Below, piece after piece: positions 1-8,802 of a stretch of DNA of 64,000 nucleotides. Source of the DNA: an uncultured Candidatus Saccharibacteria bacterium (lineage in GTDB: Bacteria; Patescibacteriota; Minisyncoccia; Phycocordibacterales; UBA2100); NCBI GenBank assembly GCA_964623775.1, contig CAZUVH010000005.1, positions 1,546-65,545 on the forward strand, written 5' to 3'. Every line of letters starts with the position of its first letter. Position 1 is the first letter of the stretch. Both the position numbers and the translations under genes were made by a program. The notes under the pieces are model-generated. The model saw nothing but the letters and a program-made list of their open reading frames with translations. It had not been told where the DNA came from and searched no databases.

Positions 1-881
1 GCGGCAGGTTCTGCAGATGCAGCAGGCTGTGTAGGCGCAGAAGGATTGCCACCTGCCTCTCTCTGAGAAAATATCTGTCGGATATGAGCGAGGTCGTCGA
101 CTGAGAAGAAATCGATGAGGACTTTGCCACCCTGCTCTTTCTTCTCGATGCGCACGCGCGTGCCAAGCTTTTCGGTGAGTTCGCGCTCAAGAAGTAGAAG
201 CTCTGGTGACAGATCAGTCTTGCGAGTCTTTTCTGTCGCGATGCGTCGCGCTACCTGCTCGGAGTCGCGCACGGTGAGCTTACGCGTGACAATTTCATGG
301 AAAAGAGTCTTTTGCTCAGCTGGGCGATCCATAAGCATGAGAAGCGGGCGGGTATGGCCTTCGCTGATGTCGCCTGCACCGAGCGCGTCCTGCATCTCTT
401 TTGGAAGTGAAAGGATGCGAAGTGTGTTGGATACATATTCGCGACTCTTGCCGACACGCTTACCGATCTCGACATGTTTGAGGCCGAATTCAGCGGCGAG
501 ACGCTGGAACGCGAGCGCACGGTCAATCGGATTGAGATCTTCGCGCTGCAAATTTTCGATGATCGCGAGCTCGAGCTTCATGCGGTCGTCGTCCTCGCCA
601 TTTCTGATCACCACGGGCACGGCTGCGATACCAGCGAGCTTGGAGGCGCGTAATCGGCGCTCACCTGCGATCAATTCATATTTAACGAAAATACCCTCGC
701 CCGGCCTCTCTATCTCTTTGCGCGTGACGGTAAGCGGCTGAAGGACGCCGTATTGACGGATGGACTCCGCGAGCGAGGCAAGCGCCGCCTCGTCAAACGC
801 CTTGCGGGGCTGGAAGGGATTGGGCTCTATGCGATCTACCTCAACCCAAAATATAGAATCCGACTGATACGGGCTCGACAT
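1..881 (-). CDS. parB: ParB/Spo0J chromosome partitioning protein (3' end runs off the window)
   Basis: Own translation from ATG at 881: MSSPYQSDSIFWVEVDRIEPNPFQPRK...GVLQPL...IAGERRLRA...IENLQREDLNPI...HTH. Absent from the ORF track because it is truncated. Confidence 0.93.
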   Translation of the reverse strand, partial: MSSPYQSDSIFWVEVDRIEPNPFQPRKAFDEAALASLAESIRQYGVLQPLTVTRKEIERPGEGIFVKYELIAGERRLRASKLAGIAAVPVVIRNGEDDDRMKLELAIIENLQREDLNPIDRALAFQRLAAEFGLKHVEIGKRVGKSREYVSNTLRILSLPKEMQDALGAGDISEGHTRPLLMLMDRPAEQKTLFHEIVTRKLTVRDSEQVARRIATEKTRKTDLSPELLLLERELTEKLGTRVRIEKKEQGGKVLIDFFSVDDLAHIRQIFSQREAGGNPSAPTQPAASAEPA

Positions 882-945
882 GGGGAAATTATATCAAATT
901 TAAACGGCCCACCGAATGCGGCGGGCCGTCGAATGAGCTGATCGA

Positions 946-1356
946 TCACAGAGGCGCGTCGGCACGAATGCTGAAAGTGAGACCTTCCGGGTTGTCATTC
1001 CATATACCGAACCCCTTCCTGATCACGAGCCAACGGTCGGTGTACGGCACATCCGCACTACGCCACGTGACCTTCAGGACCATAAGATCCTGATTCTCGG
1101 TCTGCATCGCCTTCACCACCGCCGAAATCAGCACTTTCTGATAGCGAGGCGGCAGTACTGCGAACTTTGCAAGGAGCTCGGGCTCCAAAAATCGCAAATT
1201 TCGACCATAGTCGCCGGAGATATCGAAAATGTCGCTCGTTCGCTCCTTGTGGAACATCTCCTCGATATCACGATTACTGCCCCCACCGTACTGCTCGAGT
1301 AACGTACCAATTTCACCGTCGATCCGAGATTTAACCTGTAGCCTTGTTTCGGGCAC
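946..1356 (-). CDS. hypothetical protein
   Basis: 136-aa ORF with a GGGAG RBS-like sequence before a GTG start, just downstream of tRNA-Leu. Confidence 0.55.
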   Translation of the reverse strand: MPETRLQVKSRIDGEIGTLLEQYGGGSNRDIEEMFHKERTSDIFDISGDYGRNLRFLEPELLAKFAVLPPRYQKVLISAVVKAMQTENQDLMVLKVTWRSADVPYTDRWLVIRKGFGIWNDNPEGLTFSIRADAPL

Positions 1357-1422
1357 GTGAGGCTCCCTCTTTTAAAAACGCTGCTTGGCATAGTACCATC
1401 CTATTGGCAGATGTCAATATTG

Positions 1423-1503
1423 TGCCGAAGGAGGGAGTCGAACCCTCACGAGTTGCCTCGATCGATTTTGAGTCGATTGCGTCTGCCATTCCGCCACTTC
1501 GGC
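1423..1503 (-). tRNA. tRNA-Leu(CAA)
   Basis: Reverse complement GCCGAAGTGGCGGAATGGCAGACGC...CTCAAAA...GTTCGACTCCCTCCTTCGGCA, with a long variable arm. Confidence 0.95.
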
Positions 1504-1516
1504 ATTACAGGTGAAA

Positions 1517-1888
1517 TCATACGGTTTTTCGGCCAAATATCCAATATCGGGTCTTTTCGACAAGCCGGTAGATCAACATAGCGATGAGCGAAAAGCCGGG
1601 CAGCGATCCGATTATTCCAATCCATCGGAGATGCGGGTACTCACGCAGGATGCGCATCACCGCGTCCGATCCGCGATACATCTTGCCGCCTTCATCAATC
1701 ACGTGGACATCGCGCATCGCAGCCTCCTTACTCACTCCCTCAGGCAATATGCTCGTAGAGATATCGGAGAGGGCAAAGTGCGAGCCGCGTTTTGAGAGGT
1801 CTATCGTTTCAGCGAGTCCGGCGCAGAGATTACATACGCCGTCGTAATAGATCTTCACTTTTGGCTCGGGCTTGTTTTCCATCTCCAT
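1517..1888 (-). CDS. DCC1-like thiol-disulfide oxidoreductase (DUF393 family)
   Basis: YYDGVCNLC (DxxCxxC) motif, G.DA motif and C-terminal YRLV..TRY. Confidence 0.85.
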   Translation of the reverse strand: MEMENKPEPKVKIYYDGVCNLCAGLAETIDLSKRGSHFALSDISTSILPEGVSKEAAMRDVHVIDEGGKMYRGSDAVMRILREYPHLRWIGIIGSLPGFSLIAMLIYRLVEKTRYWIFGRKTV

Positions 1889-1907
1889 CCCCACTATTGT
1901 AGCGCGT

Positions 1908-2852
1908 ATGCAGAGGCCCAAAGTTCTCATTATTGTAGGTCCCACCGCATCGGGCAAAAGCGCACTCGGTGTAGCGCTTGCGCGGAAGTTCTCGGCCCGA
2001 GGCCGATCCGCCTTGGGCGGAAACGGCGCAGAGATAATCTCTGCTGATTCCCGGCAAGTCTACCGAGGACTCGACATCGGCACAGGCAAAATCACCAACC
2101 GCGAAATGCGTGGCGTGCCGCATCACCTTCTCGACGTCGCTTCGCCAAAAAGGAAATTCTCCGCCGCCAATTTCATCAATGACGCAAAGGTCGCTATCGC
2201 GAATATTTCGCAAAAAGGAAAAGTGCCGATGATTGTCGGCGGGACGGGATACTACATCGACGCACTCGTTGGGCGCATCCTTGTCCCCGACGTACCGCCG
2301 AATATCAAGCTGCGCGCAGAACTCTCAAAAAAAACGGCGGTCGAGCTCTATGCGCTCTTGGGCCAGATGGATCCGCGTCGTGCACGCGCAATGGCGACGC
2401 TAAGCGAACGCAACAACAAAGTGCGACTCATCCGTGCGCTCGAGATCGTCGCAGCCACAGGCCGAGTACCCGCACCGACCGACACGTCCCAATCCGATTT
2501 CGATACACTCTGGATCGGCATCAATCCCCCACTGAAGGCGCTTGAGAATAAAATTGAAAAAAGGCTCATCGCGCGCATCAAAAAAGGCATGATCGCCGAG
2601 GCGGTGCGACTAAAAAAGGAGGGCCTCTCATACAAGCGAATGGAAGAGCTTGGTCTCGAATACCGCTCACTTGCGCGATTCCTGCAGAAGAAAATTACGA
2701 GACAGGAAATGATCGAGGAATTAAAGCGCGATATCCGCCGCTATGCTAAAAAGCAGATGATGTATTGGAAGCGTAATACCGATATCCGATGGTTTCCGCC
2801 GACCAAAAAAGGATTACTGGAAAAGACCGTCAGGGACTGGCTTAAAAAGTGA
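1908..2852 (+). CDS. miaA: tRNA dimethylallyltransferase, carrying a 10-aa palindromic insertion
   Basis: GPTASGKS P-loop, DSRQVYRGLDIGTGK, PHHL, VGGTGYY and YAKKQ motifs. Confidence 0.97.
   Translation: MQRPKVLIIVGPTASGKSALGVALARKFSARGRSALGGNGAEIISADSRQVYRGLDIGTGKITNREMRGVPHHLLDVASPKRKFSAANFINDAKVAIANISQKGKVPMIVGGTGYYIDALVGRILVPDVPPNIKLRAELSKKTAVELYALLGQMDPRRARAMATLSERNNKVRLIRALEIVAATGRVPAPTDTSQSDFDTLWIGINPPLKALENKIEKRLIARIKKGMIAEAVRLKKEGLSYKRMEELGLEYRSLARFLQKKITRQEMIEELKRDIRRYAKKQMMYWKRNTDIRWFPPTKKGLLEKTVRDWLKK
1992..2021 (+). repeat. 30-bp double-hairpin element, in frame in miaA (encodes SARGRSALGG)
   Basis: TCGGCC-CGA-GGCCGA-TCCGCC-TTG-GGCGGA; related copies at 39926 and 50865. Confidence 0.92.
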
Positions 2853-3243
2853 CGCCCGCATCAATCAGTTTCTTGATGTAGTCGTCCATCTTGTCGAGGG
2901 TTTTCATTTCTTCATAGGTAAACCACCCATACGCATCGTGTTCCCGACTCAACGTTGGTTCGCCTTCAACATCTGCAATATATTCAATCCTCACCACATG
3001 CCGTTGATCGGGCCAGATCATGTCCTGCGCCGCGAGAAGTCGTGGCTCGCTTGTCATGGTGAGTCCGGTCTCTTCTTTGACCTCGCGTGCCAGATTTTCC
3101 ATAAGCGTGACACCCGGATCAATCCGCCCTCCCGCAAGATCCCACTTACCCACCCCGCGTTCCTCGTAGGGCGATCGTCGCATGAGCAAATACTTCCCTT
3201 CTTTATTTTTGAGTAAAACCTTTACACCAACCTGAAGCTCCAT
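2842..3243 (-). CDS. NUDIX hydrolase
   Basis: Nudix box GGRIDPGVTLMENLAREVKEETGL. Confidence 0.9.
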   Translation of the reverse strand: MELQVGVKVLLKNKEGKYLLMRRSPYEERGVGKWDLAGGRIDPGVTLMENLAREVKEETGLTMTSEPRLLAAQDMIWPDQRHVVRIEYIADVEGEPTLSREHDAYGWFTYEEMKTLDKMDDYIKKLIDAGVTF

Positions 3244-3245
3244 AA

Positions 3246-4199
3246 TCACCTTTGGGGAGGACCGACTTCGATAATGCGAGGACCACCATCATCATCCAGG
3301 CGCCTTCTCCCCCGCGACTCATCAAGATCTTTGAGACTCGGTCTCCCCGCGGATTGCGGCGGAGCTACTTCAGATGCCACTTTGGAAGTCGATTGATTCA
3401 CCTTGATATCGTACGACTGCTTGATTTTGCCCGGCACATAGTGGACACCCGCACATACCGGCTCATTGGGAACGTCATTATATGACACAAAACGCACTTC
3501 GGCTTTTAAAAATGTGCGATATGCCTCCTGTAGATTTGGATATTCCTTTACGAAGTCAAAATTCTTGTCGAAAACACTGCGAACGTGGAAATCGTTGTAA
3601 ATCTTTCCCCATGCCGCAAGGTTTTCAGGCGTAATACGATCAGCCGTTGTTGATTCGTAATACCATATACCACTCATATCTGCGACGGCAAATACGTTTT
3701 TTTCGACAGGTGACCCCATTAGGGCATAGCTGGACATGGTCTGCTTCTGAGCCTGCGCATTCTCTACGCCCACATCTTCGGGGCTCGGAGACGTATATGG
3801 AATCGGGTACTTGATTCCCCTATCTTTAAGTTTCTGTACCGGATGTGTGTGAAAACTACAACGCACCTCAATTGTCTGCCCCCGTGCGCTCTTTTGCACA
3901 TGACGCATTTCCGCAAGACTGTCATATTCAACATTATTCGCTTCGCCACTTATAACGGATGGCCACATTTGCGGTCCGTTCTTTATCTTGAGAAAAGTCG
4001 TCGCGCTTTCATTTTTTTCTCGCATCACTGCATTGCGGATATTTTGTGTGACAGCGATATTCCATGAGGTGCCTTGAGTAATCTCAAGCGCCTGCGCCGG
4101 TCCACTATCTACAGCCCCCAAAAGAGCAGTGGCAAAGGCAGCGGCCTCCACGACACCTGACCGACGCTTATCTGGACCCTTTGACCCCTCGAGCGACAT
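3246..4199 (-). CDS. hypothetical exported protein with a JAB/MPN-like metal motif
   Basis: Hydrophobic N-terminal stretch ending in AQA; FHTHP...SPSPED resembles the JAB HxH...SxxD motif. Confidence 0.55.
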   Translation of the reverse strand: MSLEGSKGPDKRRSGVVEAAAFATALLGAVDSGPAQALEITQGTSWNIAVTQNIRNAVMREKNESATTFLKIKNGPQMWPSVISGEANNVEYDSLAEMRHVQKSARGQTIEVRCSFHTHPVQKLKDRGIKYPIPYTSPSPEDVGVENAQAQKQTMSSYALMGSPVEKNVFAVADMSGIWYYESTTADRITPENLAAWGKIYNDFHVRSVFDKNFDFVKEYPNLQEAYRTFLKAEVRFVSYNDVPNEPVCAGVHYVPGKIKQSYDIKVNQSTSKVASEVAPPQSAGRPSLKDLDESRGRRRLDDDGGPRIIEVGPPQR

Positions 4200-4264
4200 G
4201 GACCCATAATATCACCCCAAATTCTTGAAAAATCATTGCAAATCGAGTGCTATACTTTTTATAC

Positions 4265-4993
4265 ATGTATACGCTTTCACCAAGAAATCTCATACTGGAC
4301 AACCCCGCTCGGCGGTATGTACTTAAGATTCACGACCTCCCTGCCGAAGAAAAGCCACGTGAGAAAATGCTCGCGCTCGGACCTGCCTCGCTCTCCACCC
4401 AGGAGCTTCTCGCGGCACTCCTTAATACCGGCACGAAAAAAGAAGACGTGCTCTCGATGTCCGTGCGCATCATGAGAGAGTATGGCGAACGCAGCATTAT
4501 GAGTGCGCGCAACCCTGCCAAACTCGCTGAGGATCTCGATATTCCTATCGGTAAGGCAATTCAGATCGTCGCAGCCGCGGAGCTGGGCCAGCGCTTCTTT
4601 GAGCGAAATGGCGCGAGTGCCGCCGTCATTCGTACAGCAAAGGATGTATTCGATTACGTCAGCGACATGCGAGACTTGCCAAAAGAACACTTGCGAGGAA
4701 TTTACCTCAATGCACATTACAAAATCATTCACGACGAAGTCATATCGATCGGCACCGTCGACACGAGCATTATTCATCCGCGCGAGGTCTTCAAGCCGGC
4801 TCTCCAATATTCGGCTGCAGCCGTCGTCCTGGTGCACAATCACCCGTCGGGTTCGACGGAGCCAAGCACTGCCGATATTGAAATAACGAAACAACTGATC
4901 GAGGCGGGGGCACTGCTTGCTATCGACCTCATTGATCACGTGATCGTCACCAAGAGTGAATTTGCTAGTATTCCTGCTCAATACCGCACATGA
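4265..4993 (+). CDS. radC: RadC family JAB-domain protein
   Basis: EKPREK, ELLAALL.TG, HPREVF, HNHPSG..EPS.AD and DHVI motifs. Confidence 0.95.
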   Translation: MYTLSPRNLILDNPARRYVLKIHDLPAEEKPREKMLALGPASLSTQELLAALLNTGTKKEDVLSMSVRIMREYGERSIMSARNPAKLAEDLDIPIGKAIQIVAAAELGQRFFERNGASAAVIRTAKDVFDYVSDMRDLPKEHLRGIYLNAHYKIIHDEVISIGTVDTSIIHPREVFKPALQYSAAAVVLVHNHPSGSTEPSTADIEITKQLIEAGALLAIDLIDHVIVTKSEFASIPAQYRT

Positions 4994-5280
4994 GCAGCCT
5001 CACTATCGCGGCACCCCGCTCCTACACAATCCGACCGCGGGCTTTTTATATCCGTGAAAGCCTCTCACCAGAAGACGAGGTTGATTTCCATATAGCCCAG
5101 GGTGATTACTTCCCCACACTGGCCACAATCATGGGATTACTCGCGGAATTCCTAGGCGACGCCGCCCGAAAAGGTGAGACTCCGCGCAGTTTCCAAATAA
5201 TGACGCTCCAGAGATTAAAGGAAGACCTTCTGTATACAGATCGTCATTACACCATTGTCCGGAAAACCGACAATAAATAG
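4990..5280 (+). CDS. hypothetical protein
   Basis: 96-aa ORF overlapping the radC stop (ATGA coupling). Confidence 0.65.
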   Translation: MSSLTIAAPRSYTIRPRAFYIRESLSPEDEVDFHIAQGDYFPTLATIMGLLAEFLGDAARKGETPRSFQIMTLQRLKEDLLYTDRHYTIVRKTDNK

Positions 5281-5333
5281 ACCTGCGTGTCCGGGTTGCA
5301 AAGTTGCTGTTTTTTGGGTATAGTCTTGCGAAT

Positions 5334-5492
5334 ATGTCACAGGATCAACTCATAAAAATCGCTTGTTCGAAGTGCGGCCGCACCAACTATTGGACGCGCA
5401 AGAATAAGAAGCTGGTTACCCGCAAGATCGAACTCAAGAAATTCTGCAAGTGGTGCCGCGCTCAGACGAAGCACAAAGAAGCTAAGAAATAA
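5334..5492 (+). CDS. rpmG: 50S ribosomal protein L33 (zinc-binding form)
   Basis: CSKC...NYWTRKNKK...IELKKFCKWCR...HKE. Confidence 0.96.
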   Translation: MSQDQLIKIACSKCGRTNYWTRKNKKLVTRKIELKKFCKWCRAQTKHKEAKK

Positions 5493-5654
5493 AAAAACTC
5501 TGCAATACCTGGCGATGTCTCGTCGCCACTTGCAGAAGGAGGGGGTCGGGGAACCTACAGGTTCCCCGTGGAGGAAGGATTGGGAAAACCGTGGGTTTCC
5601 CAGCGCTGCTAGTGGTGCCGCGCTCAGACGAAGCACAAGGAGGCAAAAAAATAA
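5449..5654 (+). repeat. direct duplication of the rpmG 3' end (5449-5492 and 5611-5654) enclosing two hairpins
   Basis: 28 identical nt followed by four synonymous third-position differences through the stop codon. Enclosed hairpins are CGGGGAACC-TACA-GGTTCCCCG and GGGAAAACC-GT-GGGTTTCCC. Confidence 0.9.
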
Positions 5655-5681
5655 AAAGGCGATCATAAGCCGCCTTTTTTT
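5655..5681 (+). terminator. intrinsic terminator after the second rpmG end copy
   Basis: AAAAGGCG...CGCCTTTTTTT. Confidence 0.7.
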
Positions 5682-5686
5682 AAAAG

Positions 5687-5836
5687 TTAGACTGCTCTCA
5701 CTCGGAGGTTTCGATAATATCCTTTTTTCAAGGCGAGTTCTTCTGCCTCTCTTTTCGTGGCAGCCTGCACATAGTCCTCCTTCCAACTCACACTCAAACC
5801 AGAAGGGGTAGCAATACCAATCTGCCATTTCTTCAT
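5687..5836 (-). CDS. small hypothetical protein
   Basis: MKKWQIGIATPSGLSV... preceded by GGAG; converges on a bidirectional terminator. Confidence 0.4.
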   Translation of the reverse strand: MKKWQIGIATPSGLSVSWKEDYVQAATKREAEELALKKGYYRNLRVRAV

Positions 5837-5918
5837 CCTGCTCTCCATGATTTGATTCCGACCAACAATATAGCACTCATAGAAAAAGAAGTCATTTTGA
5901 GCTACTATAGGCATTCAG

Positions 5919-5989
5919 GGGCGATTAGTTTAGTGGTAGAACAGCGGTCTCCAAAACCGCTAGTGGGGGTTCGATTCCCTCATCGCCCG
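5919..5989 (+). tRNA. tRNA-Trp(CCA)
   Basis: GGGCGAT...GCGGT-CTCCAAA-ACCGC...GTTCGATTC...ATCGCCCG. Confidence 0.95.
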
Positions 5990-5999
5990 CAAACAAGGA

Positions 6000-6389
6000 T
6001 TAACACAACTGACCCCAGAGATGGCTGCCAGTGAAGGTGTACATGATCGTATCGACGAGGAGCCATGCAGCGAGGATACCGGTGAGGCCCACTAGAACGT
6101 TCCAGAAAATGCCTTTTGCCTTTGTCACCTCGCTTACATTTCCACGATTCGTCAACATTTTGAGACCTGCCCACGCAAAGAGGATTGCGGCGACGAAGAC
6201 AGAAAAATAAATACCGAAATTGAGCACCCGTTGGGCTAGTGTTGCTAGACTACACACGGTGCAGTCCACTCCGTTACATGGGACGATTTGACTCGGAATT
6301 CCTGACTGCGCAAACACGAGTGCGGGAGAGATCGCGACAAGAAGCATGAAAAGCGACATATACCAACGCAAAGCTCGACTTGTATACAT
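6000..6389 (-). CDS. TrbC/VirB2-like (T4SS-type) pilin
   Basis: Signal peptide ending VFA, Cys-containing linker, two TM helices around GNVSEVTKAK. Confidence 0.75.
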   Translation of the reverse strand: MYTSRALRWYMSLFMLLVAISPALVFAQSGIPSQIVPCNGVDCTVCSLATLAQRVLNFGIYFSVFVAAILFAWAGLKMLTNRGNVSEVTKAKGIFWNVLVGLTGILAAWLLVDTIMYTFTGSHLWGQLC

Positions 6390-6439
6390 GTGAATAATTG
6401 TAGCACTCAAATCGCCCCGCAAACGGGTATAATGCCGCC

Positions 6440-6817
6440 ATGAGTCAATCAATATTGGTCATCGAAGACGAGCAGGTGATGCGCCTCGCGGTTACTGATC
6501 GACTGAAAAAAGAGGGCTATTCCGTACTCGAGGCCGACAACGGCACGCGTGGTATGGAAATGGCGCTCAGCAATCAGCCCGATCTTATCGTCCTCGACAA
6601 TCGCATGCCAGAAATGGGCGGATATCAGATGCTAAGGACACTTCGTGAGCGCGGTAATTGGGGCGCTGCCGTACCCGTCATCTTTTTTACCAATGTCGAG
6701 CTCACTGCCGACGCTGAGGACGATGTTGCGCAGACAAATCCCGCACACTATCTCGTTAAAAGCGAGACGAGTCTGGACACACTCGTTGCCAAGATCCGCG
6801 AGCTTCTACGCACATAA
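6440..6817 (+). CDS. single-domain response regulator (receiver domain)
   Basis: ILVIED, PDLIVLD..MP, T and K conserved. Confidence 0.92.
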   Translation: MSQSILVIEDEQVMRLAVTDRLKKEGYSVLEADNGTRGMEMALSNQPDLIVLDNRMPEMGGYQMLRTLRERGNWGAAVPVIFFTNVELTADAEDDVAQTNPAHYLVKSETSLDTLVAKIRELLRT

Positions 6818-6850
6818 AAAGGGCGGAAAGCATATTCCGCCCTTCAGACG

Positions 6851-7294
6851 CTACCAATTACCCGTGTAGGTCACAAAATTTTGTTCGCAATATTTATTGA
6901 CCACGTCCGTATGCAGTGGGAAGCACAGAGTCGGCTTGGTCCAATCGTCCACGGTGAACAAGAGCCTCTCCGAAGTTTCCTTGTTCTTCTTGAAGCGATG
7001 CATCTTCACTCCATCAGGTCCGATCGCGGCGAAGATCAAAATTCTATCACCATCAGGCGTACTTCGTACGTCATACACCCTCATGTAATCCGGATTTGTG
7101 GAGACCGTGACGGACGCCTCCTGATTGATTTCCCTCGCAAGTGCGACACGCCAGTCTTCGCCCAATTCGACATATCCACCGGGCAAAGCGAGCTCCCCCT
7201 TGTGCGGCGCGATGCTTCGTCGCACCAAAAGCAGCTCTTGTGGTTTCGGGAAAACGAGACCGACGACGACAGGAGTGGGATTTTTGTATGCCAT
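6851..7294 (-). CDS. NUDIX hydrolase
   Basis: YKNPTPV...ALPGGYVELGEDWRVALAREINQEA; GGAG RBS upstream. Confidence 0.88.
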   Translation of the reverse strand: MAYKNPTPVVVGLVFPKPQELLLVRRSIAPHKGELALPGGYVELGEDWRVALAREINQEASVTVSTNPDYMRVYDVRSTPDGDRILIFAAIGPDGVKMHRFKKNKETSERLLFTVDDWTKPTLCFPLHTDVVNKYCEQNFVTYTGNW

Positions 7295-7415
7295 CTTGTT
7301 CTCCAGTTTGACTACTCTGCATTGAACATATATATGAGAGCGTCTGCCGTCAAGAAGGCGCTGAATTACCATGTTCGCTAGCCCTGCAGCAAAAATTCGT
7401 GCATAATATCTGCAC

Positions 7416-7501
7416 GCGTCGTTACCCAAGTGGTCAAAGGGGACTGGCTGTAAACCAGTTGACTTCGGTCTTCGTTGGTTCGAATCCAACACGGCGCACC
7501 A
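7416..7501 (+). tRNA. tRNA-Tyr(GTA)
   Basis: ACTGG-CTGTAAA-CCAGT anticodon arm, long variable arm, encoded CCA end. Confidence 0.96.
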
Positions 7502-7542
7502 AATGAAAGAGCGCTCGGTTGAGCGCTCTTGGAGGCAATTTC

Positions 7543-7920
7543 TCACGACAGGAGTGCCTGTAACTCCTCCCGTAGGGATGAGTCTTCTCCTGCACTAAAT
7601 TTTACAATGAGAAGTTTCGCACGGTCGATATCAGTGGCTTTAACTGCTGCACGCACGGCTCCGCGTCTCGCAACAGCACCCTCGACACTTGTGGCTGTCG
7701 TCAAATTTGCGATCTCCTCCTCAAGTGCAGAGACGGCGGCGTAAGCATTATGTGCCTCCGCAGAGCCCTGATCTATCACATGTTCAGCAATATAAATCCC
7801 TGCGCTGACCTTAACATTCAATTGCTCGACCTCTTCCTGAATCTGCAGACAGCGAATTTGGTGTTTGATAGCCCGCGTCGAAGGAAGCGGAATTCGTTTG
7901 CCGAAGCGACGAGTCTCCAT
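7543..7920 (-). CDS. hypothetical protein (helical)
   Basis: AGGAG RBS before METRRFGK; ends at the hairpin after tRNA-Tyr. Confidence 0.55.
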   Translation of the reverse strand: METRRFGKRIPLPSTRAIKHQIRCLQIQEEVEQLNVKVSAGIYIAEHVIDQGSAEAHNAYAAVSALEEEIANLTTATSVEGAVARRGAVRAAVKATDIDRAKLLIVKFSAGEDSSLREELQALLS

Positions 7921-8054
7921 GATAATTCTCCTCTCATCCAGAGTTAACCTACACATGATTCCGGCGCGGGTCAACGCGCAGAGGAGTGGCCGATGCGCGA
8001 TTTGACTCCGCCGCTTTTTAATGTTTAATAGTGCGAGCCAACAAGGAGACCGGG

Positions 8055-8756
8055 ATGAAGATTCTCGTTAGGGTCGTGGACTGGACCTTTGGTGCCATCT
8101 TGCGCTGGTGCATTTACCAGCTTGTAAGGCCGTATGTGTGGTACAAACATCCGGTCACGATTGTGGGGGGCGATGCGGCCCTTTCAGTGAAAGAGAGTGG
8201 CGCTATCGCTTTGGCGGAGCATCACTCGATGATGGACGGGCCACTTCTCACTGCCATAGCGTGGCCATACGCGCGCATTAGGCCGACAGCAAAATACGCC
8301 CAGTACATGAAATGGTATTTCCGGTGGGCAATGGTGCTCTTCAGCGTGATCCGGCTCAACCCACCCAAACATTGGCCAAAGGAGCGCCGAGAAGCGGAGA
8401 AGCTGCGCGGAATCGATACTATGAGCAAGGTGATCGCAAATGGCTGGGTCCTTCTTCTTTTTCCAGCAGGCATCATTCGCACCGGCGAAAAAACGGTGAT
8501 CGACCCATGGCTCACCGGCGCATACACCATGATCGAGAGACATCCCGACAAACCGGTACTACTCTTGCGGCATCGCGGGCTTCATGCGTCGGAGGATAAG
8601 GGTTTTTTCAAGCGTTGCCCCGTGCACATTGAGATCACCCGCATCGACAATGTGTCGCTCAAAGGCGGCCCCGCCGAATTCAATAAGCGACTCGAGCTCT
8701 TTTTCAACGCAGGCATTCCGCTCGCCGTGAACGAGCCAGTGAGAAAATATGCCTAA
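8055..8756 (+). CDS. PlsC-like lysophospholipid acyltransferase family protein
   Basis: HHSMMD (HxxxxD) and LFPAG.R motifs; AGGAG RBS. Confidence 0.75.
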   Translation: MKILVRVVDWTFGAILRWCIYQLVRPYVWYKHPVTIVGGDAALSVKESGAIALAEHHSMMDGPLLTAIAWPYARIRPTAKYAQYMKWYFRWAMVLFSVIRLNPPKHWPKERREAEKLRGIDTMSKVIANGWVLLLFPAGIIRTGEKTVIDPWLTGAYTMIERHPDKPVLLLRHRGLHASEDKGFFKRCPVHIEITRIDNVSLKGGPAEFNKRLELFFNAGIPLAVNEPVRKYA

Positions 8757-8802
8757 TAGCAAAACGCGCCACAGCTGTGGCGCGTTTTTTTCTTTTTGTT
8801 GA

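Noticed and set aside
115-741. 208-aa plus-strand ORF and other long antisense ORFs (e.g. 9766-11169, 13742-14497, 49505-50176)
   Set aside because: Shadow frames opposite well-supported genes (parB, clpB, rsr, ftsZ).
5337-5876. 179-aa and 98-aa ORFs across the rpmG duplication
   Set aside because: They run through repeats, hairpins and a terminator and have no protein-like features.
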